Source: Octopus sinensis (taxonomy: Eukaryota). Taken from it: a DNA stretch of 64,000 bases. The notes beneath the pieces were generated by a model. The model saw only the letters and a program-made list of their open reading frames with translations. It did not search any database and had not been told where the DNA came from. The position numbers were made by a program, and so were the translations under genes. How positions within the stretch are numbered: the stretch's first letter is position 1; each line of letters starts with the position of its first letter. The DNA is taken from positions 22,382,001-22,446,000 of the forward strand of contig NC_043020.1 of the NCBI RefSeq assembly GCF_006345805.1. The letters run 5' to 3'. This document shows positions 1-10,702 of the stretch, piece after piece.

Positions 1-1150
1 GGTGTTTGAACTGAGTCAAGTGTGAAATGGAGTCTGTTGAATGTCGAGCAGTGATCCGATTTTTGTATTTGAAAGGACGCACACCACGGGAGACTTCTGA
101 TGAAATGAAAGTAACTTATGGTGATGATGCCCCATCATATGACCTTGTAAAACGCTGGCATCCTGAATTCAAACATGGTTGGAACTCTGTGGAAACAGCT
201 CCCAGATCTGGTCGCCCCCTTCTGCCATTGATGAGGCATCTGTCCGTCAAGTTGAGGCTGCCATTTTGGAAGATCGACGCATAACTATTCGCGAAATAGC
301 CCATGAGGTCAAGATTAGTACCGGGTCTGTGGAAACTATCATTCATGACCATTTGCATATGAAAAAGGTGTCTGCCAGATGGATTCCCAGGCTGCTCACA
401 TCTTTCCAGAAGCAAGAACGCGTCGATTGCTCGAGGATGAATTTGGAGATGTGCCAAGAAGATGAGTCAAAATTTTTCAAAAGACTGATTACACAGGATG
501 AAACCTGGGTCCATCACTATGATCCAGAGACCGAAGCCCAGTCAATGCAGTGGAAGCACCGTGACTCCCCTCCTCCAAAGAAGGCAAGGGTGCAGCCCTC
601 CGCTGGCAAGGTCATGCTCACAGTCTTCTGGGACCAGGACGGAGTAGTGATGACAGATTTCCTGGCAAATGGTGCCACAATTACAGGAGCCTATTATGCT
701 TCACTTTTGAGGAAATTAAGAGAAGCTATCAAAATCAAGAGGCGGGGCAAGATCAGCAAAGGCATCCTCCTCCTGCAGGACAACGCTCTGGTCCACAACT
801 CGCGTGTCGCCAGATCAGAAGCACAGGCGTATGGCTATGAACTCCTCCCCCATCCCCCTACTCTTCTGACCTTGCACCTTCTGATTTTCACCTCTTCCCA
901 ATCATGAAGTTGTTTTTGAAAGGAAAGCGTTTCCCAGATGATGCAGCCTTGATTTCTGAAGTCACGTCGTGGCTGGAGGACCAAGCTGGTGTCTTCTACA
1001 GAAACGGTCTTCAGAGCTGCATCAAACGATGGGAGAAATGCGTAACTCTGGGTGGTTCCTATGTAGAAAAAGACTAATAACTGTGCCAAGTTTCGTTGCT
1101 CTACTGCTATGGGAAGTGGGTCAGGGGCATTACTTATTGAACGCCCCTCG
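1..1150 (+). mobile_element. mariner (DD34D) DNA transposon; 5' TIR outside the window
   Basis: Right end ACTTATTGAACGCCCCTCG ends at 1150 and is followed by TA (reverse complement TA-CGAGGGGCGTTCAATAAG, a mariner-type TIR with TA target site). Encodes a transposase. Confidence 0.95.
27..1077 (+). pseudogene. mariner transposase with two -1 frameshifts
   Basis: Frames join as MESVECRAVIRF...PRSGRP / SAIDE...WIPRLL...TQDETW...QDNA...HPP / YSSDLAPSDF...YVEKD*. There are 34 residues between the second and third Asp. Frameshifts fall at C-runs 215-219 and 854-858. Confidence 0.92.
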
Positions 1151-1152
1151 TA

Positions 1153-1330
1153 TATTCCGCTTAATAATCAGAATAGAGGCACCGACAGACAGGTGTAGGA
1201 ACAACAAGTAGCTGTATTAGTTTGACGCTCGGGAAGAATGGAAAAGTCTTTTACGTTTCGAGCCACAGCTCTTCGGCAGAAAGGAATAAGAATGAAAAAA
1301 CCTAGGGAGAAAAAATGTGTTCAACGGTCA
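1153..1330 (-). repeat. Penelope-type terminal repeat fragment containing a hammerhead-like motif
   Basis: Homologous, in inverted orientation, to 1945-2125. Contains CTTT-CTGCCGA-A-GAGC-TGTG-GCTC-GAA-ACGT-A-AAAG on - at 1248-1283. Confidence 0.6.
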
Positions 1331-1585
1331 CATGCACACACACGCGCGCATGCACGTACACACACACACAGACACATACGCACACACACACACAGACACA
1401 TACGCACACACACAAACGTTTGTATGTGTGAGTGAATGTATGTAGGTATATCTGTACGTCTGTATGGGTGTTTCTAAGTTGTGACCCTTAACGCCTGGCA
1501 ACTTAGCGGTTCGAGAAACGTTCCTCAATAAAACAAATACTCGAGCGAAAACAAATGTCGGAATCGATATATATACCGATCTACC

Positions 1586-1623
<38 letters not shown>

Positions 1624-1624
<1 letters not shown>

Positions 1625-1928
1625 GAGGCGCAATGGCCTAGTGGTTAGGGCAGCGGACTCGCGTTCGTAGGATCGCGGTTTCGATTCCCAGACCGGGCGT
1701 TGTGTGTGTTTATTGAGCGAAAACACCTAATAGCTCCACGAGGCTCCGGCAGGGGCTGGTGACCCCTGCTGTACTCTTTCACCACTCTTTCTCTCACTCT
1801 TTCTTCTGTTGGCCTGCTCGCTTAGCCAGCGGGGTGGCGTCATTCGAAGGCTAAAACAATGCGAACGCATTGTGACTAGCGATGTGTAGCAACATCTGAT
1901 GGTCTGGTCGGTTACGTGATCACGTGAT
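1624..1928 (+). mobile_element. tRNA-derived SINE (family 3)
   Basis: Head with A box TGGCCTAGTGG and B box GGTTTCGATTCCC, followed by a non-tRNA body; flanked by (TG)n and (TA)n. Confidence 0.75.
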
Positions 1929-1944
1929 ATATATATATATATGA

Positions 1945-2125
1945 TAGATCGGTAGCCACTACACACATTTTTTCTCTCCTTGTTTTTTCTGTGTCCCTTT
2001 CTGTAGAAGAGCGTAGACTCGAAACGTAAAAGACATCTTCAATTCCTGAGCGTTATACTAATACACCTGTTTGTTTAGTACTCCACTTGTCTTCGTCTTT
2101 TGTTCTTTTCGTGAACTCTCCCTAT
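1945..2125 (+). repeat. Penelope-type terminal repeat fragment containing a hammerhead-like motif
   Basis: CTTT-CTGTAGA-A-GAGC-GTAG-ACTC-GAA-ACGT-A-AAAG at 1997-2032; homologous to 1153-1330. Confidence 0.6.
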
Positions 2126-2152
2126 ATATATATATATTTATTTATATATATA

Positions 2153-2206
<54 letters not shown>
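2123..2206. repeat. (TA)n microsatellite
   Basis: Direct reading. Confidence 0.95.
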
Positions 2207-2527
2207 GACTAAAACCCTTAAACGCAGTGCTCCAGTATGGCCTACGTTCAAGGACACCAGTAACAAGTTACACGTCCAAACTGACCATCAATCACATTGA
2301 TCTGACCAGTTCGACTGGCCGCAGAGAAGTCAACGACTATTCCCTTAAAACTATTCACATAAAAAGGATTCAAACCGACAACCTTTTCGTTAGGCTGAGA
2401 GCGAGCCGAGATGGAGGGGGGCATTCAAGGGAGATAACACTATCAAAACTATAATTGAGTTATTTCCCTTGCATTTTATTTTTGTTACCTTTCTGCAACT
2501 ATTGTTCTCTTGGTTATATGTAAATGT

Positions 2528-2612
2528 ACGTACATACGTAACATACACATACATATATACATACATATATACATACATACATACTTACATACATACATAC
2601 ATACATACATAC
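2528..2612. repeat. (ACAT)n microsatellite
   Basis: Direct reading. Confidence 0.95.
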
Positions 2613-2689
2613 ATTCCTAACACGCCAGCTGAGTTCAATTCATCTAAGTCGAAAGATGCCTGTTGTGATGTCCTGTTATTGTTATTATT

Positions 2690-4200
2690 ATTTATTTATT
2701 TTATTTATTTCATTTTATCTAGTTTCAGCTCACGAGCTGTGGCCATGCTGGGGCACCGCCATTTAGTGTTGCTACATGATTTTACTTCACGAATGCTTTT
2801 TAGCAACTGCCATTTGGTGCATGAGAGAGTTCGATGCAGCTGCCTTCATTTGCACCTCCTGTCATGAAGTTGGTTCATCCGGGACACCTGACAGGAAGAG
2901 ATCCAATCCTACTTTAAAGACATCCGCATCCACCCCATGCAGGTCCCTCAGGTTCTTCGGGAGGATATTGAAGAGCTGTGGGCCTCTGAAGTCCAGGCTA
3001 TCACAGTATCTTGTCCTACATCTTGATGGCAAATTTGGAGTCCTTGGCACCACGCAGTGGCGCCCAGTTCTGGCATTTGTGTAACTCTCGATGCCAAAGT
3101 TTGGAACAAGTCCTTCCAGGATCTTCCTTCTCGCCTACGCTCCAAGGAATAGAGTTTTAATCTCTTGAGTCTTTCCCAGTAGCTTATATGCTGCACAGAG
3201 GCTATCTTCATGTAGCTTCGTTGGATCGCCTCAAGTTCTGTGATCAACTTGACACTGGATGGTGACCATAGCTGAGAGCAATAGTCAAAGTGGCTTAGGA
3301 CAAGTGTCTTCCAGAGGACCATCATGGTTTCTTGGTCTCTTGTTCTAAAGGTTCTAAGAATCCATCCGGCCAGCCGTCTACATTTCATTGCCAATTTAGC
3401 AACATGTACATGAAAGGTTGCGTCATCACTCATGTAAATACCTAGGTCACGCACTGATTGTGCCTCTGGGATTGCAATCCCTCCGGGTCCAGTGTATTCA
3501 TTGGGTATTGCATTTAGTTTTGCATGCTGATAGCATAAAGCTTGAAACTTTTCAGCATTGAACTGCATGCTATTCTTTTCAGCCCACTTGTATATTTTGT
3601 CCAGCTCACATTGCATGTGCTTAGTGTCTTCAGGGTTTTGTATTGCCTGTGAAACATTTGTATCATCTGCATAACTTGTGATCGTGGCTCTCTGCGTGGC
3701 TGAGGGCATGTCTGAGAGGGCCATTATGAACAGTAGTGGTCCCAAAACAGTGCCCTGCTCACTATTTGCGTGTTAATGGAAGTGGCCCCATTGGCTACTA
3801 CCACCTGACTTCTATCCTTCAGAAAGTCATGAAGCCATTCTCCCAAGTTTCCAACTATGCCAAGATTGACATATCATTCCATGATCGACTTTATCAAAGG
3901 CCTTTGCAAAGTCGAGATATATCACTTCCATATTTGAGTGGTTGAGCAGTCGTTTCAGCCCCCAGTCATGGTGTTGTAGGAGCTGAGTTAAGCAGCTTCT
4001 TCCTGGTCGGAAACCATGTTGGGTGTAAGGCAGCAAGTCATTTTCTTCAAGGAAGGTGATTAGTTTCCTTCTGACTATTCGTTCCATGACCTTGCTGATG
4101 TGTGAGGTCAGAGAGATAGGTCTGTAGTTATTGGCCTCCGCTCTGCTACCTCCTTTATGAATAGGGCATATTTTACCTTCCTTCAGTTTTCTTGGAAGTT
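2690..4200 (-). mobile_element. 5'-truncated CR1-group LINE (RT and 3' UTR), degraded
   Basis: NYRPISLTS, QHGFRPGRSC, YLDFAKAFDKV, GTVLGPLLF, YADDT, VRDLGI, LKLYSLERRRE, FNILPKNLR. The 3' end carries a hairpin and an A-rich (TAAA)n-like tail at about 2690-2766. Confidence 0.92.
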
Positions 4201-4204
4201 TGCC

Positions 4205-4345
4205 AACCACATGGTTCTGGGTTCAATTCCACTGCATGTCACCTTGGGCCAATGTCTTCTACTATAGCCTCGGGCCGACCAAAGCCTTGTGAGTGGATTT
4301 GGTAGACGGAAGCTGAAGGAAGCCCGTCGTATATGTGTATGGAGG
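4205..4345 (+). mobile_element. CORE-like tRNA SINE (family 1), partial
   Basis: Matches the head/core of the family seen in full at 4553-4966. Confidence 0.85.
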
Positions 4346-4469
4346 TGGGGATGCGCGCGCGCGTGTGTGTAGAGAGAGAAAGATACGCGCGCGTGCACTG
4401 ACACACATACATTCACACATACGCAATCACACACACACATATATATACGGTGCAAAGGTAAGCTGCTTA

Positions 4470-4551
4470 GTCGTCGTGGCCGAGTGGTTAAGGCGATGAA
4501 CTAGAAATCCATTGGGGTTTCCCCGCGTAGGTTCGAATCCTACGGACGACG
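4470..4551 (+). tRNA. tRNA-Ser(AGA), variant or probable pseudogene copy
   Basis: 82-nt type II cloverleaf with anticodon AGA and variable arm GGGG-TTT-CCCC. Two stem defects relative to the 5497 copy: ATGAA/TCCAT in the anticodon stem and G7:G66 in the acceptor stem. Confidence 0.85.
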
Positions 4552-4552
4552 T

Positions 4553-4966
4553 CATTTACTCTTTTTTTACTCTTTTACTTGTTTCAGTCAGTTGACTGCG
4601 GCCATGCTGGAACACCGCCTTTAGTCGAGCAACTCGACCCCGGGACTTATTCTTTGTAAGCCCAGTACTTATTCTATCGGCCTCTTTTGCCGAACCGCTA
4701 AGTAACGGGGACATAAACACACCAGCATCGGTTGTCAAACAATGTTGGTGGGACAAACACAGACACACAAACATACACACATACATATATATATATACAT
4801 ATAAACGACAGGCTTCTTTCAGTTTCCGTCTACCAAATCCACTCACAAGGCATTGGTCGGCCCAGGGCCATAGCAGAAGACACTTGCCCTAGGTGCCACG
4901 CAGTGGGACTGAACCCGGAACCATGTGGTTGGTTAGCAAGCTACTTACCACACAGCCACTCCTGCC
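4553..4966 (-). mobile_element. full-length CORE-like tRNA SINE (family 1; probably an octopus OR-type SINE)
   Basis: tRNA-like head, core TGGCACCT(A/T)GGGCAAGTGTCTTCT, central (TA/CA) tract and 3' tail GGCGGTGTTCCAGCATGGCCGCAGTC-loop-GACTGAAACAAG(TAAAAGAG)n. Many further copies or fragments occur, e.g. 14200, 26480, 29170, 35285, 36420, 37778, 38225, 39605, 48770, 50640, 51180, 54500, 57070. The OR-type name is from memory. Confidence 0.88.
4562..4568 (+). terminator. Pol III T-run after tRNA copy 1 (overlaps the SINE tail)
   Basis: T7 run 10 nt after the tRNA end. Confidence 0.55.
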
Positions 4967-5064
4967 GACCATTTGTCATTTTTTTTTTTTTTTTTGCTGT
5001 ACGCCTGCTAGGATTATCGAATTATCATTACGAAGACACATTTGAAGTTTTGAAATGGGATAAC

Positions 5065-5325
5065 TGAAGACGGGAGCAGAGTACCAAAAGCACAAGTACC
5101 GCTAGACTGGATATGTCGCAAGGTTCGGACAACAGCTGGACCCACGGAAGTTGCCGAGTCCTATCCAAAAGATCGGACGCTTACTTGAAAAGCCTCTCCG
5201 ACGATGCGAAAACGATTTTGTCAAGAAATTTGGGTCAAGATGGAAAAGAGGAGCACAATCAAGATAGAATTGGAAGTGCACTGTGGCCAGCGGTGTATAA
5301 CAGCAGCTGATGGCCTGCTAAATAC
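5065..5325 (+). mobile_element. highly degraded RTE-like C-terminal fragment
   Basis: Patchy translation EDGSRVPKAQVPLDW... and KPLRRCENDFVKKFGSRWKRGAQSR*NWK resembles RTE C-termini. Confidence 0.4.
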
Positions 5326-5332
5326 TGTAATA

Positions 5333-5363
<31 letters not shown>

Positions 5364-5409
5364 GTGTGTTTGTGTATCTATATCTATTTATATAGATAGA
5401 GAGAAAGAG

Positions 5410-5440
<31 letters not shown>

Positions 5441-5496
5441 ACGCCCCAGCGCGCACATTAATATATAATATATACGGCCGTAAATTTGTACGGGAA

Positions 5497-5578
5497 GTCG
5501 TTGTGGCCGAGTGGTTAAGGCGATGGACTAGAAATCCATTGGGGTTTCCCCGCGTAGGTTCGAATCCTACCGACGACG
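5497..5578 (+). tRNA. tRNA-Ser(AGA)
   Basis: GTCGTTG...CGACGAC-G acceptor with one G:T pair, intact ATGGA/TCCAT anticodon stem, anticodon AGA, long variable arm, A and B boxes and discriminator G. Confidence 0.96.
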
Positions 5579-5594
5579 TCAATTACTTACTCTC

Positions 5595-5602
5595 TTTTTT
5601 TT
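5595..5602 (+). terminator. Pol III terminator (T8)
   Basis: T-run 16 nt downstream of the tRNA. Confidence 0.75.
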
Positions 5603-6134
5603 CTCTCTCTTTCTGCTTTACTCTCCAGATTTTGTGTGTATGTGTTGTGATGAAGATGAAGATGACGATGCTGTTGTTTGTAGTGGTGTTTATGGTGGCT
5701 GTGGCTGCGATGATGCTGGCGACGCCGATCAAAAGAACTTTAAAAATTACAACAAAAAACATCACATTTCGTTCTTTATTGAGTTCTTTCTCACTTTCTT
5801 TTCTTTCACCAACCACACTGCTGCTGCTGCTGCTGCTGTGTATTTTAAGTTAGATGACTCTCTTCATATGGTAACTGTTTCCCCAGGGACACATTGACTG
5901 GGGTGGAGAAGGCATCGTTCTTGTGGAAGACACCATCCTTCGATGTTATCATGCTGACACCCTGTCAGAGAAACGGTAAAGAAGAACCTTATAAAGCAGT
6001 GTCTGTACATATCAGAGCCCTTACTTTCAAATAAGGGGTGGCTGGTTAATACTAGCTTCTAACAGGCAGGGCCAGCTTAACATATTAATAGTGCCTACCG
6101 CCTGCCCTGGGGATTTATTCACATCAATTACCTG

Positions 6135-6320
<186 letters not shown>

Positions 6321-6679
6321 CTTATATATCAAATTTGAGATGAACTGGGATGCAATTTGCTACACACACACAATTAGTAACAAGTTTACCCGTTTACCCA
6401 CTTAGCTATAGCTACATGGTTCAAGTCCTACCAGAGCCCCTGACTAACTCCCTTTTCCTCCCGTCCCCACAAATCCATCCTTATAATGTCTGAATATCAT
6501 TTTGCATTGAAATTCTTGATCGTTAATTCATATTTTGGTATTTATTTTCATATTGATTTCAAAGCAAAGAGAAGGAAAAGCTGTACTTACGTGGAGTTTG
6601 TGAGCCATCTCCGTCCAATAAGAAACCGGTTGCTCGACGCGAAAATTGTGGGGCTGTCAGGAAAAAACAGATAAATATC

Positions 6680-6830
6680 TTCTAGACAGTTCTATATTTA
6701 AGAGATGAGGAATTATGTACATTATCTACATTATTTACATTTGACGGATATTTGTCTTCTTGTTTGTTGTTAACACGTCTCGGCTGATAGACCTTCCATC
6801 CTTCATCGGGTGTATTAAGATTGTAAATGA
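6680..6830 (-). repeat. second Penelope-type repeat with a decayed hammerhead-like motif
   Basis: ACAC-CCGATGA-A-GGATG...CAGCC-GAG-ACGT on - at 6772-6813. The segment AGTTCTATATTTAAGAGATGAGGAATTATGTACATTAT recurs at about 30724-30760. Confidence 0.5.
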
Positions 6831-6987
6831 AAGTATCTTGTTTTAACTATCGTTTTTTAATCTTAAGGATGTCTTGCAGATTTTCACAGGACCAGATATC
6901 GTGGTCATCGTGGAGCTCAGGAATTAAGAATTTGCATTCCTTATCCAATTTTACAAATTCAGCCATACATCACCCGAGGCGGATTGG

Positions 6988-7120
6988 TATGTATGTATGT
7001 ATGTATGTATGTATGTATGTATGTATGTATGTATGTATGTATGTATGTATGTATGTATGTATGTATGTATGTATGTATGTATGTTTGTATGTATGTGTGT
7101 ATGTATGTATGTATGTATGT
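6988..7120. repeat. (ATGT)n microsatellite
   Basis: Direct reading. Confidence 0.95.
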
Positions 7121-7555
7121 GTGTGTGTAGTGGACAAATATGTTGCAGACGACCGATGATGGTTCTGTAATTTCTTCCTGATCAACCTTCACAAATGACT
7201 TGTTTATTCTAATCAAATGTAAGGGCTAAATTCTTATAATGTAAAGATAATTTTCCTTCTGAGCCCAGGTGGGACCCCACACGTTCTTACTCGTTTCAAA
7301 TTCTATCCTTTATAATGAAAACTATTCTCTGTCCTTTATCTGGTCTCTTTCACTAATAAAGGTTTTGGAGTAAAACATCAACTATTTTGATTTCAGGTTT
7401 GTTGGATCAGGACTGACCCTGGGTTAAACAACAACAGCAGCAGAAGCAACAACAGCGAAGGCGACGATTGTAGCGATGGAAGTTGAACCCCTATGTGAGC
7501 GCATAACATGCTAGAAATAGCAAACTAATGTAACTGACATTGAAGAAATGTAACA

Positions 7556-8090
7556 TTTAGGTCAGATCAGATATGGAAGCATGCGCCGTTGCAGCGTGTC
7601 ACAGCATCCATCCATCTGTCAGTATTTGCTCAGGTTGTCTCAGATGATACCCCACACCCAGCAGTGTCCCAGATAGTCCCCATCTCTGTAAGATACTTCT
7701 TCATCCAGCATGACCATGAAGCATATAGCCGACCAGCCAAAGCCGTCACGGCCCAGCCGGATCCTCAGAGAAGAGAACACGGTACGCAGGAAGCAGCTCT
7801 GAAATCGATTAACATGACTAAACAGCCTGAACTGGCGCTACTGAGTCATACAAGTAACAAGAGCAGAATCGCTGGTCGGGTACGAAATCCCACCAACGGT
7901 AAGCCCATAATCCTGCGAAGTGTCTTAGTACCAACGGGATTCAGGCGGCTCCTAAGCCCCCCCCCCCTTCCCCCAGACGGTGTCCAGATGGCGCGACTAT
8001 AGAGAAGGACAGGGAGAATCAGAGACCTAAAGGTCCGAACCTTTGTGCAGTTGATCAGATATAGTCTTTTGAAGACTCGAGACTCACAAC
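7556..8090 (-). mobile_element. RTE-clade LINE 3' fragment, degraded
   Basis: TKVRTFRSLILPVLLY...TKTLRRIMG, and an RTE-type terminus ending CTGATCTGACCT. Confidence 0.8.
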
Positions 8091-8413
8091 AAATGCTGCT
8101 GTGGACATTGCAGATACAATGTCCGAATAAATAAATAACAATTAGGACAATCATAGCTGGAATGACTTTGCTCTTGGATCTGTTCGGTCAAGGCTGACCA
8201 GGCGCCAAACAACAATAACAACAACAACAGTAACAGCAGCAGCAGCCAGTTTGGCTTTAAACTTACCTTGGTAGGTTTAGGTGCTTCGCAAACAAAATCT
8301 CGATGGTAATATTCTTCTGTCATTGTTTTATAATCTGCCTGATACGGTTTAGGGCTGATGTCATCCATTATTTTTGCACTGATAATAATAACAACAACAA
8401 CAACAACAACAAC

Positions 8414-8447
<34 letters not shown>

Positions 8448-8460
8448 GTCGATGATGATG

Positions 8461-9640
8461 ATCTTTTTTATTTACCATAACGGCATCAGATGAGGTGGCC
8501 ATTAGACGAACAGATTACAATATGGGGATGGATGTTACATAAAAGGTGAGGCGAAGAAAGGGAGAGGAGGCCCGATTAGATAAAAAGTACACAAATTATA
8601 TAAAATATGTGAACAGATCTGTTATGCAGCTTTCTTGATTGACGAGAATCTCCAACAAGGGCCAGTCAAGGAACGCCACAGATCCAGGATCAACCTGTCC
8701 ATCAAGGGCACGAGTCCTTGTCCACCCATTGCTCTCCAATCTACTGGCGCAGGCCTAGAGTAGTTCCATTCCACCTAACCATTTTTGTCACAGTCACCTA
8801 TGTTTTTACAAATGTACTGGGAGAGGGAGCACTTCTCTCTTCACTCGCACTTTACTTTCCAAGAACTTTAAAAAGTCGATGAGGCTTTACCCCAAAAAAG
8901 CGTGTTTATTCGATCCTTTCAGTCTCGTCTACCATGCAACCTTTTTCGGCAGTGCGACCAGACAGAGGAAGACCGCTTGCTCCGCCTTGGAGCAATGGAC
9001 TCGGCTGATTGGTAGATTCGTCCAACACTCGACAGCAGCAGTTCGCCATGACTCCACAAGTCAGCAAAGCTCGAGCAAAGCACAAATACACTCAGTACAG
9101 TTTTATCGCACTGCACACATCTTGGGCAGGCCTGACTAACCACCGTACCAGTAAATTTTATCTTTAACCGGCAGCACTGCCAAGACAGGTATTTCTGGAA
9201 TCTATCCATAGTTTTTGGACCGAAGGTTTTCCAGCCCAGGCCAATCAGTTGATTCCCGTCAATGCCTAGAATTGAACAGATAACATCGCCGCACTCGCCA
9301 ACCATTAATCCTCTTAGGGACGCCAACATTAAAGTTTTACCAACCATATTTCCCGACTGATAGAGGACCGAGGGTTTCTGACAACATTCCACATGTCAAG
9401 CACCGGGTTTTGGTCTTCGTTTGACCAAGAACTGCAGCTCTGTAGATGAGACAAGTTGTGGAAAGACGAATCTGGCAAAGGACACGGTTGGTGGGGGGAG
9501 GGGCACACCTGCCCACCGCATGGGGGTCTCTGTGAATGCCGCAGCTTCAGCTACGATATATTGAACCCTCAGAACATTGGCTGTTGACAACGGATGAACC
9601 GTTTGACTCATGGACGCATCCTTCCGACAAGGCCAGCGAT
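8461..9640 (-). mobile_element. L1/Tx1-type ORF2 C-terminal fragment plus 3' UTR, degraded
   Basis: FPQLVSSTELQ, TFGPKTMDRFQKYLSWQC and CPRC...C align with ORF2 at 17425-20111. It ends GGTAAATAAAAAAGAT before (CAT)n/(ATT)n. Confidence 0.8.
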
Positions 9641-9907
9641 TTCGTTCAGCACAAGGCCAATAATCTTTAAAGAGAATTGTTTAGTCAACTTTATTTTATA
9701 GCAGGAATCATCATAAGCTGATATGAGCGTTAAACAACGACGACAAAGAAGGCTCCCAAACCTGAAGGTAAACCCATATTTCTTTGGAAATGGAAATTAC
9801 TTGATTCCCCAACAGCAAAAGAGAGAACTTCTGTTGTTTTCCGTTACTTACTACGCTTCCTTTGACATCATCTTTTCAAGCACTTCTCTTCTCACACCTG
9901 CAAGAAG

Positions 9908-9920
9908 TAGATAGATACAC

Positions 9921-9988
<68 letters not shown>

Positions 9989-10036
9989 GGATGGATGGAT
10001 GGATGGATGGATGGAGGATGGATGGATGGATGGATG

Positions 10037-10120
<84 letters not shown>
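9908..10120. repeat. compound (AGAT)n/(GGAT)n microsatellite
   Basis: Direct reading. Confidence 0.97.
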
Positions 10121-10122
<2 letters not shown>

Positions 10123-10667
10123 ATCATAAGTAAGGGTACTGAGAAACAGCACCTACATGCTGGAGATAGACGTCAAAGCGAGTTTTTATCACATGTTGAC
10201 CACTGGTAAGATCATTAATTGGTTTTATCCTTAATTACGTATGCATATATATTTATTTATTGACTCCGATCCTGATATTTACTGCGGTATTTTCTTGATC
10301 AAATACGCACGTCGTTGAGATGGATAATCGAATTTGCTTCGTATATACGCGTGTATATATGTATGTATTAGTATATATACGCATGTATTTGTATGGGTAT
10401 CCATATTTATTTACATTTATGTACTTTTAGTATATTCCACTGATGACAGTAAAATAATAGCATTACTAAACTAGAAATCAGACGATCTGGAATTAACCTG
10501 AAAAAGATACTAAATCTCTTTTATTTATTTCCTCGCTTTCAGCTTTGTGCTAATGGAGCGTAGTTTGAGCCTCGAAAAGTGCACTCCCTGGAAAACTGTG
10601 GACATCCCTCGAGTGTAAAAATACCTGAATGTCCGCAATCAAATGATTAAAACACGTAAAAGATGAA

Positions 10668-10702
<35 letters not shown>

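Noticed and set aside
1624-1700. tRNA-like heads of SINEs (also families 1 and 2)
   Set aside because: They have A/B boxes but no closed acceptor stem, and they continue into SINE bodies, so they are not tRNA genes.
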